The translations under genes and the position numbers were made by a program. A stretch of 35,889 bases of DNA, from NCBI GenBank assembly GCA_009773975.1, contig VSMX01000001.1, positions 1 through 35,889 on the forward strand, written 5' to 3'. The notes beneath the pieces were generated by a model that saw nothing but the letters and a program-made list of their open reading frames with translations, made no database searches and was not told the origin of the DNA. This DNA comes from Desulfovibrio sp. Lineage in GTDB: Bacteria > Desulfobacterota > Desulfovibrionia > Desulfovibrionales > Desulfovibrionaceae. How positions within the stretch are numbered: the stretch's first letter is position 1; the number at the start of each line of letters is the position of its first letter. This document shows positions 19,127 through 28,096 of this stretch, piece after piece.

Positions 19127-19795
19127 ATGTTTACCGGAATAATCCAGGGCCTTGGGGAAATCACGGCCCTCAATCGTCTGGGCCAGGACAGCCGGCTGGC
19201 CATCAGGCCGCTTTTTGTTATGCCCGATATTGTGCCTGGGGAATCAATAGCCGTGAACGGCGTCTGCCTTTCCGTTGAAAAAAGCTCGGACGGCCAGTTT
19301 TGCGCCTACGCTTCTGGCGAAACGCTTTCCCGCTCAAATCTCGAATTTCTGCGCCAGGGCGCGCGGGTCAATCTTGAACGGGCCCTGGCCCTTGGGGACA
19401 GGCTGGGCGGGCACCTGGTCAGCGGCCATGTCGATTGTCTGGCCACGGTCGCGGAGATCGCGCCCGCGGGCCAGTCCCTGCGCATAGCCGTGAACTTTCC
19501 CGGGCAGTATTCCAGCGAGGTCATCCCCAAGGGTTCTGTTGCCCTGGACGGTATAAGCCTGACTGTCAACGAGGCCGGAGATGGCTTTTTGAGCGTCAAT
19601 GCCATTCCCGATACCCGGGCCCGCACAAATCTTGGCCAGTGGCGCAAGGGATCTCTCCTGAACATGGAAACCGACATGATAGGCAAATATGTGCGCCGCA
19701 TGCTTGCGCCCCTGACCGGACGGGACAAAAAGGCCGGACAGGACAAAAAGGCTGCCCTGGACATGGATTTTCTTGCCCGGAACGGATTTTTGTAG
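19127..19795 (+). CDS. ribE: Riboflavin synthase
   Basis: MFTGII start, [37 protein letters not shown]. Confidence 0.96.
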   Translation: MFTGIIQGLGEITALNRLGQDSRLAIRPLFVMPDIVPGESIAVNGVCLSVEKSSDGQFCAYASGETLSRSNLEFLRQGARVNLERALALGDRLGGHLVSGHVDCLATVAEIAPAGQSLRIAVNFPGQYSSEVIPKGSVALDGISLTVNEAGDGFLSVNAIPDTRARTNLGQWRKGSLLNMETDMIGKYVRRMLAPLTGRDKKAGQDKKAALDMDFLARNGFL

Positions 19796-19844
19796 CCGGC
19801 TTTCCGGATTGCGTTACATTACCGCTTTTTTGGAGAATACGGAC

Positions 19845-20315
19845 ATGATTCAGCCAAAAACAATAGAAGGCAAGCTGAATGCCTCCAATCTCAGGATTGC
19901 CGTCGTGGCGGCCAGGTTCAATGATTTCATAGTGGACAGGCTGCTTGGCGGCGCGCTGGATTATCTTTCGCGCCATGGCCTTGAGGCCGAAGGCATTACG
20001 GTTATCCGCGTTCCCGGCGCATTCGAGGTGCCGCTAATTTGCCAAAAGCTTGCCAAAAGCGGCAAATATGACGGCATTGTGGCCCTTGGCGCCGTAATTC
20101 GCGGCGCCACCCCGCATTTTGACTATGTTTGCGCCGAAGCGGCCAAGGGCTGCGCCCATGTGATGCTGGAAAACAGCGTTCCGCTTGGTTTTGGCATTCT
20201 GACCTGCGACACCATCGAGCAGGCCATCGAGCGCGCTGGCTCCAAGGCCGGCAACAAGGGTGTTGAAGCTGCCGCCGCCATGCTGGAAACCGTTCGCGTG
20301 ATGGAACAGATTTAG
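19845..20315 (+). CDS. ribH: 6,7-dimethyl-8-ribityllumazine synthase
   Basis: [39 protein letters not shown]. Confidence 0.97.
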   Translation: MIQPKTIEGKLNASNLRIAVVAARFNDFIVDRLLGGALDYLSRHGLEAEGITVIRVPGAFEVPLICQKLAKSGKYDGIVALGAVIRGATPHFDYVCAEAAKGCAHVMLENSVPLGFGILTCDTIEQAIERAGSKAGNKGVEAAAAMLETVRVMEQI

Positions 20316-20318
20316 GAC

Positions 20319-20774
20319 ATGGCCAGGAATCAGAGCAGGCGGCAGGCACGCGAGCTGGCTTTCCAGGTGCTTTACAGCCTCTTTTTTGCCCCGGCGGAAG
20401 ATGAAGCGGCCCTGCGGCGATCCTTTGTGCTTTCGCCCCACAATTTGCGCATGGACGAATCCAGCCTGGATGACGAGCCGGAAGGCTTTGCATGGGATTT
20501 GACGCATGGCGTTTGGCGCAGGCAAGGGGAGATTGACGGGCAGATCAATCGCTTTTCCCATCATTGGCGCACGGAAAAGATGGGCAAGATCGAGCTGACG
20601 CTTTTGCGGATTGCCGTCCATGAACTCGTCTGGCTGCGGGATTCGCCCCCCAGGACCATCATCAACGAGGCGCTGGAACTGGCGGACCAGTTTGGCGCGT
20701 CCGGCGCCAAGCAGCTCATCAACGGCATTCTTGATGCCGTGGCAAAAAACCAGAGACTGTCCTCACTTCCGTGA
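20319..20774 (+). CDS. nusB: Transcription antitermination factor NusB
   Basis: RRQARELAFQVLY, LRIAVHEL, IINEALELA..FG, INGILD. Confidence 0.93.
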   Translation: MARNQSRRQARELAFQVLYSLFFAPAEDEAALRRSFVLSPHNLRMDESSLDDEPEGFAWDLTHGVWRRQGEIDGQINRFSHHWRTEKMGKIELTLLRIAVHELVWLRDSPPRTIINEALELADQFGASGAKQLINGILDAVAKNQRLSSLP

Positions 20775-20863
20775 AGACAGCCTCTTACGCCGGACCTGCA
20801 ATCCGGCGCGCCGCGTAAAGCGGCGTGAACGAGCCAAAAACCACGTTTTTTGGCGAATGATCT

Positions 20864-20896
20864 TTTTCGCTTCCGTTTGAAAAACGGAAGCGAAAA
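20864..20896. repeat. Perfect 15-bp inverted repeat upstream of leuS
   Basis: TTTTCGCTTCCGTTT-GAA-AAACGGAAGCGAAAA. Confidence 0.8.
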
Positions 20897-20959
20897 CATC
20901 TTCCCGGGACAGCGGCGTCCTGCGCGCCGCGACATCAACAAAAAAATCGGAAAGGATTC

Positions 20960-23470
20960 ATGGCACAGGAACGCTATCAGCCTGAAGTTATAGAAAAAAA
21001 ATGGCAAAAAATCTGGCAGGACGAAGACGCCTGGAAATGCGCCTGCAAGGATGGCGGAAAGAAGTTCTACCTTCTGGAAATGCTGCCCTACCCTTCCGGC
21101 AAAATCCACATGGGGCATGTCCGCAATTACTCAATAGGCGATGCCGCGGCCCGCATCCGCCGCATGCAGGGCTATAACGTAATCCACCCAATGGGCTGGG
21201 ACGCCTTTGGCCTGCCGGCCGAAAACGCGGCCATCAAGCATAACCTGCACCCCGCCAAATGGACATACGACAATATCGCCGAAATGCGCGCCCAGCTCAA
21301 ACGCATGGGTTTTTCCTATGACTGGTCCCGCGAAATCGCCACCTGCCGGCCGGAATACTATCGCTGGGAGCAGGCGTTTTTTCTGCGCATGCTCGAAAAA
21401 GGCCTGATTTACCGTAAAAAGGCCCCGCAAAACTGGTGCCCGTCCTGCCATACAGTCCTGGCCAACGAACAGGTGGAGGACGGCAAATGCTGGCGTTGCG
21501 ACAGCATTGTCGAGCAAAAGGAACTGGCCCAGTGGTTTTTGCGCATTACAGATTATGCCGAGGAACTCCTGCGGGATCTGGAAAAGCTCGAGGGCGGCTG
21601 GCCCGAACGGGTCCTGGCCATGCAGCGCAACTGGATCGGCAGGTCGGAAGGCGCATCCATAGTTTTTGACCTCGAAAGGAATTACGACGGCATTGCCGAT
21701 ATCGAAGTCTTCACCACCAGGCCAGATACCGTTTATGGCGTAACCTTCCTGACCCTGGCGCCGGAGCATCCGCTTGTGGAAAAACTGCTCGCAGGCAATG
21801 AGCGGGCCGATGAAATCCGGGGCTTTGTCGAGCGCATCCGCAATATGGACAGGATAGACCGCCAGAGCGAAAATCTCGAAAAAGAAGGCGTCTTCACAGG
21901 AGCATACGCCGCGCATCCCCTTACCGGCAAGCGCGTGCCCATCTGGCTGGGCAATTTTGTGCTTGCCGAATACGGCACAGGCGCGGTTATGGGCGTGCCG
22001 GCCGGCGACCAGCGCGATTTTGAATTTGCCCGCAAGTACGATTTGCCCATCAAAATAATCATCCAGCCTGCGGATGCCGGACTGACGCCCGCAACCATGC
22101 AGGCGGCCTGGACGGGCCCGGGCACAATGGTCAATTCCGGCCCCTTCGACGGCATGGACAACGAGACTGGCAAAAAAGCCATTGTGGAAAAGCTGGAGAA
22201 AATGCGCAAGGGCAAGGGCACGGTGCAATTTCGCCTGCGCGACTGGAACATCAGCCGCCAGCGCTACTGGGGCGCGCCCATTCCCGTTGTCTATTGCGAA
22301 CATTGCGGCATCGTGCCCGAAAAAGAGGAAAACTTGCCAGTCGAACTGCCGCTGGATGTCAAGCTCCTGCCCGATGGACGTTCCCCCCTGCCCACAACGG
22401 AATCCTTCGTCAATTGCGCCTGCCCCAAATGCGGGCGCCCGGCAAAACGCGAAACCGACACCATGGATACCTTTGTGGAATCATCCTGGTATTTTTCGCG
22501 CTACACTTCCCCGAGAGTGGCCGATGCGCCCTTTGACATGAAAGAGCTTGACTACTGGATGCCTGTTGACCAGTACATAGGCGGCGTGGAACACGCCATC
22601 CTTCACCTGCTCTATTCGCGCTTCTTCACCATGGCCCTGCGCGATCTCGGCATCTATCCCGAAAACCTGTCCGAGCCTTTCAGGCGCCTGCTGACCCAGG
22701 GCATGGTTCTCAAGGATGGCGCCAAGATGTCCAAGTCGAAGGGCAATGTCGTCGATCCTGGCGAAATGATCGAAAAATACGGCGCGGACACCGTGCGCCT
22801 TTTCTGCCTCTTTGCCGCGCCGCCCGAAAGGGATTTTGAATGGACCGAACAGGGCATCGAGGGCGCCGCCCACTTTCTGGCCCGCGTCTGGCGCCTGTTC
22901 ATGGAAGAGCGGGACAGGCTTGTGCCAGTCGACTCCTGCCAGTCCGCAGACGGGGACGCAGCCAGCCAGGAAGCGCGCGATTTGCGGCGCAAGGAACACG
23001 AAACAGCCCGCAAGGTTGCCCAGGACATGGAAAAGTTCCAGATCAACACGGCCATAGCGGCAATCATGGAACTGGTGAACAGTCTTTACCTGGCCCGCGG
23101 CAAGCTGGACAAAAGCGAAGGCGACAAGCGCGTCTTTTCCTCCGCCCTGGCAACCGTGCTGGTTCTGCTTTCGCCCATTGCCCCGCATATAGCGGCGGAA
23201 TTATGGGAGCAGGCGGGCCATTCGGAGCGCCTGGACAGGCACCCCATGCCGGAATGGAAGGAAGACGCCCTGAAAAGGGATACAGTGGTCATTGCCCTCC
23301 AGGTCAACGGCAAGCTGCGCGGCACAATTGAGGCGCCGGCAAGCGCATCCAAGGCCGATCTCGAGGCTCTGGCCCTGGCTGACCCGGCTGTCCAGAAGCA
23401 TACCGGCGGCAAGACCGTGCGCAAGGTAATTGTCGTGCCTGGCAAGCTGGTCAACGTGGTTGCCAACTGA
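20960..23470 (+). CDS. leuS: Leucyl-tRNA synthetase
   Basis: MLPYPSGKIHMGH, FTTRPDT editing domain, RDWNISRQRYWG, KMSKS. Confidence 0.98.
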   Translation: MAQERYQPEVIEKKWQKIWQDEDAWKCACKDGGKKFYLLEMLPYPSGKIHMGHVRNYSIGDAAARIRRMQGYNVIHPMGWDAFGLPAENAAIKHNLHPAKWTYDNIAEMRAQLKRMGFSYDWSREIATCRPEYYRWEQAFFLRMLEKGLIYRKKAPQNWCPSCHTVLANEQVEDGKCWRCDSIVEQKELAQWFLRITDYAEELLRDLEKLEGGWPERVLAMQRNWIGRSEGASIVFDLERNYDGIADIEVFTTRPDTVYGVTFLTLAPEHPLVEKLLAGNERADEIRGFVERIRNMDRIDRQSENLEKEGVFTGAYAAHPLTGKRVPIWLGNFVLAEYGTGAVMGVPAGDQRDFEFARKYDLPIKIIIQPADAGLTPATMQAAWTGPGTMVNSGPFDGMDNETGKKAIVEKLEKMRKGKGTVQFRLRDWNISRQRYWGAPIPVVYCEHCGIVPEKEENLPVELPLDVKLLPDGRSPLPTTESFVNCACPKCGRPAKRETDTMDTFVESSWYFSRYTSPRVADAPFDMKELDYWMPVDQYIGGVEHAILHLLYSRFFTMALRDLGIYPENLSEPFRRLLTQGMVLKDGAKMSKSKGNVVDPGEMIEKYGADTVRLFCLFAAPPERDFEWTEQGIEGAAHFLARVWRLFMEERDRLVPVDSCQSADGDAASQEARDLRRKEHETARKVAQDMEKFQINTAIAAIMELVNSLYLARGKLDKSEGDKRVFSSALATVLVLLSPIAPHIAAELWEQAGHSERLDRHPMPEWKEDALKRDTVVIALQVNGKLRGTIEAPASASKADLEALALADPAVQKHTGGKTVRKVIVVPGKLVNVVAN

Positions 23471-24432
23471 TGTCCGAAAGGCCGGGCTTCAGTTTCCTGA
23501 TTTGCCCGGACATGATGCTGCTGCGGGGCCAGATGGAAAAAATGCTGGCCCCGTATGGCGATTTTGAGCGTCATGTCTATTGGGGCGATGAGGAGCCGCC
23601 GCCAAAATTCTGGGAAAGCCTGGCCCTTGAGGGCCTTTTTGGCAATCCGCAGGTGATTGTGGCGCGCCAGGCGCAAAACTGGCCAGCCCCTGTCTGGAAA
23701 AAGATTTCAAAGGTGCTGGGCCGGGGGCAGAGCCTGGCCTGGCCAATCTTTTGCCTGGAAACGGCTTTCGACAAGGGCAAGCCCAAACTCCCCGCCCATA
23801 TTGCCAAATTGCGCTGCCTTTCCTTTGCAGGGGAAAAAGGCTGGGTCTGGCGCAACGAGGGGCTTACCGAGCGCAATTTGCCGTCCCATATCCAGCAAAG
23901 GGCAAAGGAACTTGGCCTGACATTCGACCGCGATGCCTTTGCCCTGCTCTGCACAACCCTGCCGCCCAATGCCGCGGCTGTTGAAAACGAGCTTGCGCGC
24001 CTTGCGCTGATGGCCGCCGACGGCAAGGTCAACAATGAAATGGCCCGGTTGTCCGGCTATGGCCCGGATTGCAATATCTTTGCCGTTATCCGGCATATCG
24101 AGGCCGGCGACCTGGCAAAGGCCCTCGGGGAGGCCGCCAGAAGCCGGGATGCGGAAAGCCTGCTTTTTCCGCTAATGGCAATGCTGGCCAGGGATTTGCG
24201 CAAACTCTGGCAATGCCGGGCCGGCGAAGATCCGCATTTTCATTATTCGGAAGCGGCCGCCAAAAAAACGCTGGCCAAAAAGCTGGGCTTTACCGGCCTT
24301 TCCATGGCTTTTGGAATTTTGTGCGACACGGAATGGCAAATCAAGACAGGGCGCCTGCCGGTTGCGCAGGCGCTTGACTGCCTGCTCATCGAACTGGCCA
24401 GGCTCTTCGGCGGCCAGGCCAGGATTTGCTGA
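23470..24432 (+). CDS. holA: DNA polymerase III subunit delta
   Basis: Directly after leuS (TGATG overlap); GLFG..VIVAR, ENELARL, C-terminal QIKTG. Confidence 0.75.
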   Translation: MSERPGFSFLICPDMMLLRGQMEKMLAPYGDFERHVYWGDEEPPPKFWESLALEGLFGNPQVIVARQAQNWPAPVWKKISKVLGRGQSLAWPIFCLETAFDKGKPKLPAHIAKLRCLSFAGEKGWVWRNEGLTERNLPSHIQQRAKELGLTFDRDAFALLCTTLPPNAAAVENELARLALMAADGKVNNEMARLSGYGPDCNIFAVIRHIEAGDLAKALGEAARSRDAESLLFPLMAMLARDLRKLWQCRAGEDPHFHYSEAAAKKTLAKKLGFTGLSMAFGILCDTEWQIKTGRLPVAQALDCLLIELARLFGGQARIC

Positions 24433-24449
24433 ACTGGCGCCAGCCAAAT

Positions 24450-26171
24450 TCAATACCAGTCTTCTTCCCTGATTTCCGGCGGCACGGCCACGGCATTGGT
24501 CAGGATGCGGCGGCGGATTTTTGTTTTTTCGCTCTTCTCTTCCCGCGCCCTGTGCGCCGGCGCAGGCAGGCCATTGTAAATGGACCAGAAGCCCGGCCAC
24601 AGGGCCGTCATGATGCCAGGATTGCCCAGCCGGACAAGCTGGTTTTGCCGCCTGCCCATGGCTGCAAGCGCAAGCCCCACTGCCCAGCCCGGGCGCGGCG
24701 CATTGAAAGCAGGCGTTTCGCTGTTTTGCGCGGCAACTTCCAGCACGCCGTTCCCGCCAATGCCAAGTCCCAGCGAATGCAGGAAATTGCCCGTATCGGC
24801 ATGCAGGGGCCAGGATTGCGGCAAAGCCTCATTTTGGCCGCGCAGCGCGGCGCAGGCGGCAAGGGCAATGGGCAGCGGCAAATAATCCTCGTCCAGGCCG
24901 GCAGTCAAATTCGCTCCAGATTCCGCCGGCGAAAGGATTTGCGCCGGTTTTGCCAGGCTTAGCCCCAAATGCCCGTCTTTCTTTTCAACATTCAGGCCAA
25001 TGGCTTGCAGAAGCTGCCACAAATTGTCGCTTTCCGGCCAGTCGGGCCATGTTCCTCCAAGCCTGACAGAACCGCCCAAAGGCGCGGCCAGGGCCAGCAA
25101 AAATGCGCCCAGAAGCGGCTCGACCGGCAACTGCGGCTTTTGCGGCAGCACAAGATTTGAGGGCCCTATATTGACGGACGCGCCGTCCAGGACAAACGCG
25201 GCGCCAGCCGCTTTCAGGATTGGCAAGATCCTGGCCAGGATATTTTCTTTTTGCGGATGGGGGGCAAGATTGAGGGCAAAGGGCTGCGGCCAGGCAGTCG
25301 CGGCCAGCAGCAGCGCGCAGCCAAGTTCCGCCGGATATTCGGACGAAAACTCGATTCCGGCCGGCAACATGCCGGATGCCTCCAGGCGCGCGGGCAAGCC
25401 GACGCTTTTGGGCACCACATGCGCCATTCTGGCGCCGCATTGCAGCAAAAGAGGATGCAGAAAGGAAAGATCGGCCAGCTTGAGCGCGTTATCGCCGCTA
25501 AGCTTGACCCGCGACGGCCGGCCAAGATAATGGGCCAGGACAATGCAGAGATTGAAAAAGCTGTCGCCAAGGTGGATGACCTTGTCCGGCGCTTCCAGCG
25601 GCGCGGCCGCGCGGGCGATTATGGAATTGTCCTCCCGGTTGAGGGACGCGCCCATCTGGTTCAGGGCCTTGAGCAGATCGACTTCCCCGTCGTTCAAGAG
25701 GCAGTTGGCAAGCTGGATTTGCGCGCCGTGGGCTGCGGCAAGATAAAGCCAGGCGCAGGTCGAAAAGCTTGCGGCAGGCGCGGCCAGGTCGATATTGACG
25801 GCCTGGCGCGGCGGGGCGAGGTTGAAGGATTGCCTTCTTTCCGAACCCTTGAGCGTCGATTCGTCAGCTTCTGTTTTCGCAGGCCGCGGCAGGAAGGAAA
25901 GCCCCTGCATCATGGTGAAAAAATGGCCCGAAAGCGTGGCGTCCCGGCTGACCTTTGCCACGGCAGCCTGCCAGGATTCGCGCAGGAACTTTTCTTCGGC
26001 CGCGTCAAGCCGGCCTTTTTTGTCCCGCATCCGCGCAAGCATGTTGTGGCGCCGAATCAGGAGGCGCAATATTTCCTGGTCAACTTCCGCAATATCCAGT
26101 TTCAAGGGTTTTCTGCGGGGCGCGTCCTCGCGCCGCCCTGTTGCATCGCCGCTCTTTTCCCGAAATTCCAT
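24450..26171 (-). CDS. AroQ-type chorismate-mutase-like domain fused to a degenerate EPSP-synthase (AroA)-like fold
   Basis: IAEVDQEILRLLIRR N-terminus; AroA scaffold remnants (LKALNQMGA, IHLGDS, LSGD..L, LPARL, WPGFW) without the catalytic motifs. Confidence 0.7.
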   Translation of the reverse strand: MEFREKSGDATGRREDAPRRKPLKLDIAEVDQEILRLLIRRHNMLARMRDKKGRLDAAEEKFLRESWQAAVAKVSRDATLSGHFFTMMQGLSFLPRPAKTEADESTLKGSERRQSFNLAPPRQAVNIDLAAPAASFSTCAWLYLAAAHGAQIQLANCLLNDGEVDLLKALNQMGASLNREDNSIIARAAAPLEAPDKVIHLGDSFFNLCIVLAHYLGRPSRVKLSGDNALKLADLSFLHPLLLQCGARMAHVVPKSVGLPARLEASGMLPAGIEFSSEYPAELGCALLLAATAWPQPFALNLAPHPQKENILARILPILKAAGAAFVLDGASVNIGPSNLVLPQKPQLPVEPLLGAFLLALAAPLGGSVRLGGTWPDWPESDNLWQLLQAIGLNVEKKDGHLGLSLAKPAQILSPAESGANLTAGLDEDYLPLPIALAACAALRGQNEALPQSWPLHADTGNFLHSLGLGIGGNGVLEVAAQNSETPAFNAPRPGWAVGLALAAMGRRQNQLVRLGNPGIMTALWPGFWSIYNGLPAPAHRAREEKSEKTKIRRRILTNAVAVPPEIREEDWY

Positions 26172-26324
26172 TTCATTCCCCGTCGCAAAAAAATTATGAA
26201 CAGGGGAAATTAACCGTTATTGGACGCTCTTGCAAGAGAAACGCGCCACATCCAATGGACAAAACAGGCTTGTAAGGCTAGACTTTGCGCAATGTTTCAC
26301 AATTTATCAAATGGAGGTTTTCCA

Positions 26325-26765
26325 ATGTTCAAGCGTTTGCTGGCCATCGCCCTCTGCGCCATTTTCAATGCCGGCCTGGCCTGGGCGGCCGAGGAGGGCA
26401 AGGCCCCGCAGCTTTATCCCAGGGATCAGCTGAAAAAATGGGATCGCGAAAAAGTGGCCGGCGGGGAAGGCACGCTTTACGGGGAGTTTTCCCATACCCG
26501 CAACGACGCCCCAAAGGACTGGGCCATCAAGGAAATAGGCTGGATGCGCCTGCAGCCCGGCGCATCAATCGGCATGCACAAGCATGAGGCGAACGAGGAT
26601 ACCTATATCATCGTGTCAGGAGAAGGCGTGTTTACCGATACGGAGGGCAGGGAAACCCCGGTCAAGGCTGGCGACATCACAATAGCCAGAAAAGGCGATT
26701 CCCACGCCCTCAAGAACACGGGCGCCGAACCGCTGATCTTTCTGGACATAATCGGGCAGCAATAG
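26325..26765 (+). CDS. Exported cupin-domain protein
   Basis: Signal peptide ending AWA; SIGMHKHEANEDTYIIVSGEG and GD..SHALKNTG cupin motifs; GGAGG RBS. Confidence 0.85.
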   Translation: MFKRLLAIALCAIFNAGLAWAAEEGKAPQLYPRDQLKKWDREKVAGGEGTLYGEFSHTRNDAPKDWAIKEIGWMRLQPGASIGMHKHEANEDTYIIVSGEGVFTDTEGRETPVKAGDITIARKGDSHALKNTGAEPLIFLDIIGQQ

Positions 26766-26771
26766 GGATCC

Positions 26772-26798
26772 CGGGCCGCCTTGCGCGGCCCGCTTTTT
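26772..26798 (+). terminator. Intrinsic terminator of the cupin gene
   Basis: CGGGCCGC-CTTGC-GCGGCCCG then CTTTTT. Confidence 0.7.
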
Positions 26799-27001
26799 CA
26801 TCCGCAAGCGCGTTTGTGGTTTGAGACCCTGGTCTTCAGGCCGAACAGGCCTGCACCCGACCCTGAAGAGGCTGGTATCAGACGCGGGCAGTTAGCCTGG
26901 GAGGGGCGCAAGACGCAAAGACCTATTGATGAATATCCTGTTGCAAAAGCAGTTTATATTCCCGCCATTTTCATGTGAAACAACAGGAAGTTCTTCATCA
27001 T

Positions 27002-27217
27002 TCATTGGAGATATCCGCTTGTTGGCGATTGCAAGTCTGTCTTGTATGCTGGTTTATCAAGTTTTACCCCAAAACCGCCGCTTTGGCCTGTCTTCGGGTC
27101 ATGCGCCGCATAGCGGATTTTTGCCGGATCGATTTCACCTTTTGCCCGCCGCCTCAAGTATTCTTCCGGAGACAGATATTCTTCTCTCTGGAGCACAGTG
27201 TCATAAGTTGTTGTCAT
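27002..27217 (-). CDS. Small hypothetical protein (71 aa), probably mobile-element derived
   Basis: AAGGAG RBS; lies immediately 3' of the tRNA terminator in lower-GC sequence. Confidence 0.55.
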   Translation of the reverse strand: MTTTYDTVLQREEYLSPEEYLRRRAKGEIDPAKIRYAAHDPKTGQSGGFGVKLDKPAYKTDLQSPTSGYLQ

Positions 27218-27273
27218 GGCGCTGTCTCCTTATTGAAGCTGACCATAGCCAGCCCCAAATAATGGGGAGACAC

Positions 27274-27306
27274 AAAAAGGGGCTGCGATTGAAATCGCAG
27301 CCCCTT
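27274..27306 (-). terminator. tRNA-Thr terminator
   Basis: 14-bp inverted repeat AAGGGGCTGCGATT / AATCGCAGCCCCTT running into a T tract on the minus strand. Confidence 0.8.
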
Positions 27307-27314
27307 GAAATACC

Positions 27315-27390
27315 TGGAGCCACCTGTCAGACTCGAACTGACGATCTGCTGATTACGAATCAGCTGCTCTACCAACTGAGCCAAGGTGGC
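27315..27390 (-). tRNA. tRNA-Thr(CGT)
   Basis: GCCACCT acceptor stem, GCTCAGTTGGTAGAGC D arm, GCTGA-TTCGTAA-TCAGC anticodon arm, GTTCGAG T loop, encoded CCA; 76 nt. Confidence 0.97.
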
Positions 27391-27400
27391 GCCGCTTAGT

Positions 27401-27430
27401 CTTATAGCCCGCAAATTATCCGCCTGTCAA
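27401..27430 (-). promoter_or_regulatory. Promoter of tRNA-Thr
   Basis: TTGACA-18 nt-TATAAG, then a GC-rich discriminator. Confidence 0.5.
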
Positions 27431-27488
27431 GCGGCGGCAAAGAAGTAACCAGGGTGAGACATGAAGCATATTGCGGGGCCGGCGCCGG

Positions 27489-27848
27489 TTATGAGTTGAA
27501 TCCTTCCTGCCCCAGCTCTTTTTTCAGCCATTCCCTTATTTTGGGCGTGGGCGCGCCCACTCCCCGCCAGTCCCCGTTGGCCTTGCGCCAGTCGGCCAGC
27601 AAGTCGCCTTCCAGCGGCATGGAAAACAGATCCTCCGCGTTTTCGGAATTGCGGCGCACAAGCCGCAAAACGGGCGGATTTTCCCAGCTGTCCACCACAA
27701 AATATATTGCCACGTCGCTTTTTGAGCGCACGGGCGGATATTCGGCATTCCAGTCGTTGTTGCCCCATTCCAGATAAAGGGTAACCGCGTCCTCCGGGGT
27801 CAGGTTCCAGGCAATGGGATAAAGGGCGAAATCCTTGAGCTTTGCCAT
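27489..27848 (-). CDS. DVU0772-family protein
   Basis: WNLTPEDAVTLYLEWGNNDW and YFVVDSW..PPVLRLVRRNSE signature; AGGAG RBS. Confidence 0.8.
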   Translation of the reverse strand: MAKLKDFALYPIAWNLTPEDAVTLYLEWGNNDWNAEYPPVRSKSDVAIYFVVDSWENPPVLRLVRRNSENAEDLFSMPLEGDLLADWRKANGDWRGVGAPTPKIREWLKKELGQEGFNS

Positions 27849-28096
27849 ATACGGGCTCCTGTCTTGAAAAACCGCCAGCGGCAAGATGAGTTACGGGCAT
27901 TTTGGGCCTTCCCCGGCCCGCGGCAGCAAGCATGATATTATCCCGCCGCCATCATATTATATATTTACTATCTCCATGACTGGCAAGCCGCCAGACCGGA
28001 TTTTCGGGCGCATTTTCCCATCCTCCCGCCAAGGCATATTTTGGATTATGGCCGTAAATCCCGGACATTTTGATAAAGCTTGCCGAAACAGAAACA

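Noticed and set aside
20775..20959. T-box riboswitch for leuS
   Set aside because: No GGTGGNACC T-box sequence or terminator T tract
26800..26940. 6S or SRP RNA
   Set aside because: SRP loop motif and 6S conserved segments/context not recognisable
26800..27390. Intact prophage or integrative element at tRNA-Thr
   Set aside because: No integrase and no second copy of the tRNA 3' end found by eye
27214..27414. 66-aa and 157-aa ORFs spanning the tRNA
   Set aside because: Translations of tRNA-Thr and its terminator
27850..28090. PerR/Fur box upstream of the DVU0772-family gene
   Set aside because: AT-rich, but no convincing palindrome matching either consensus
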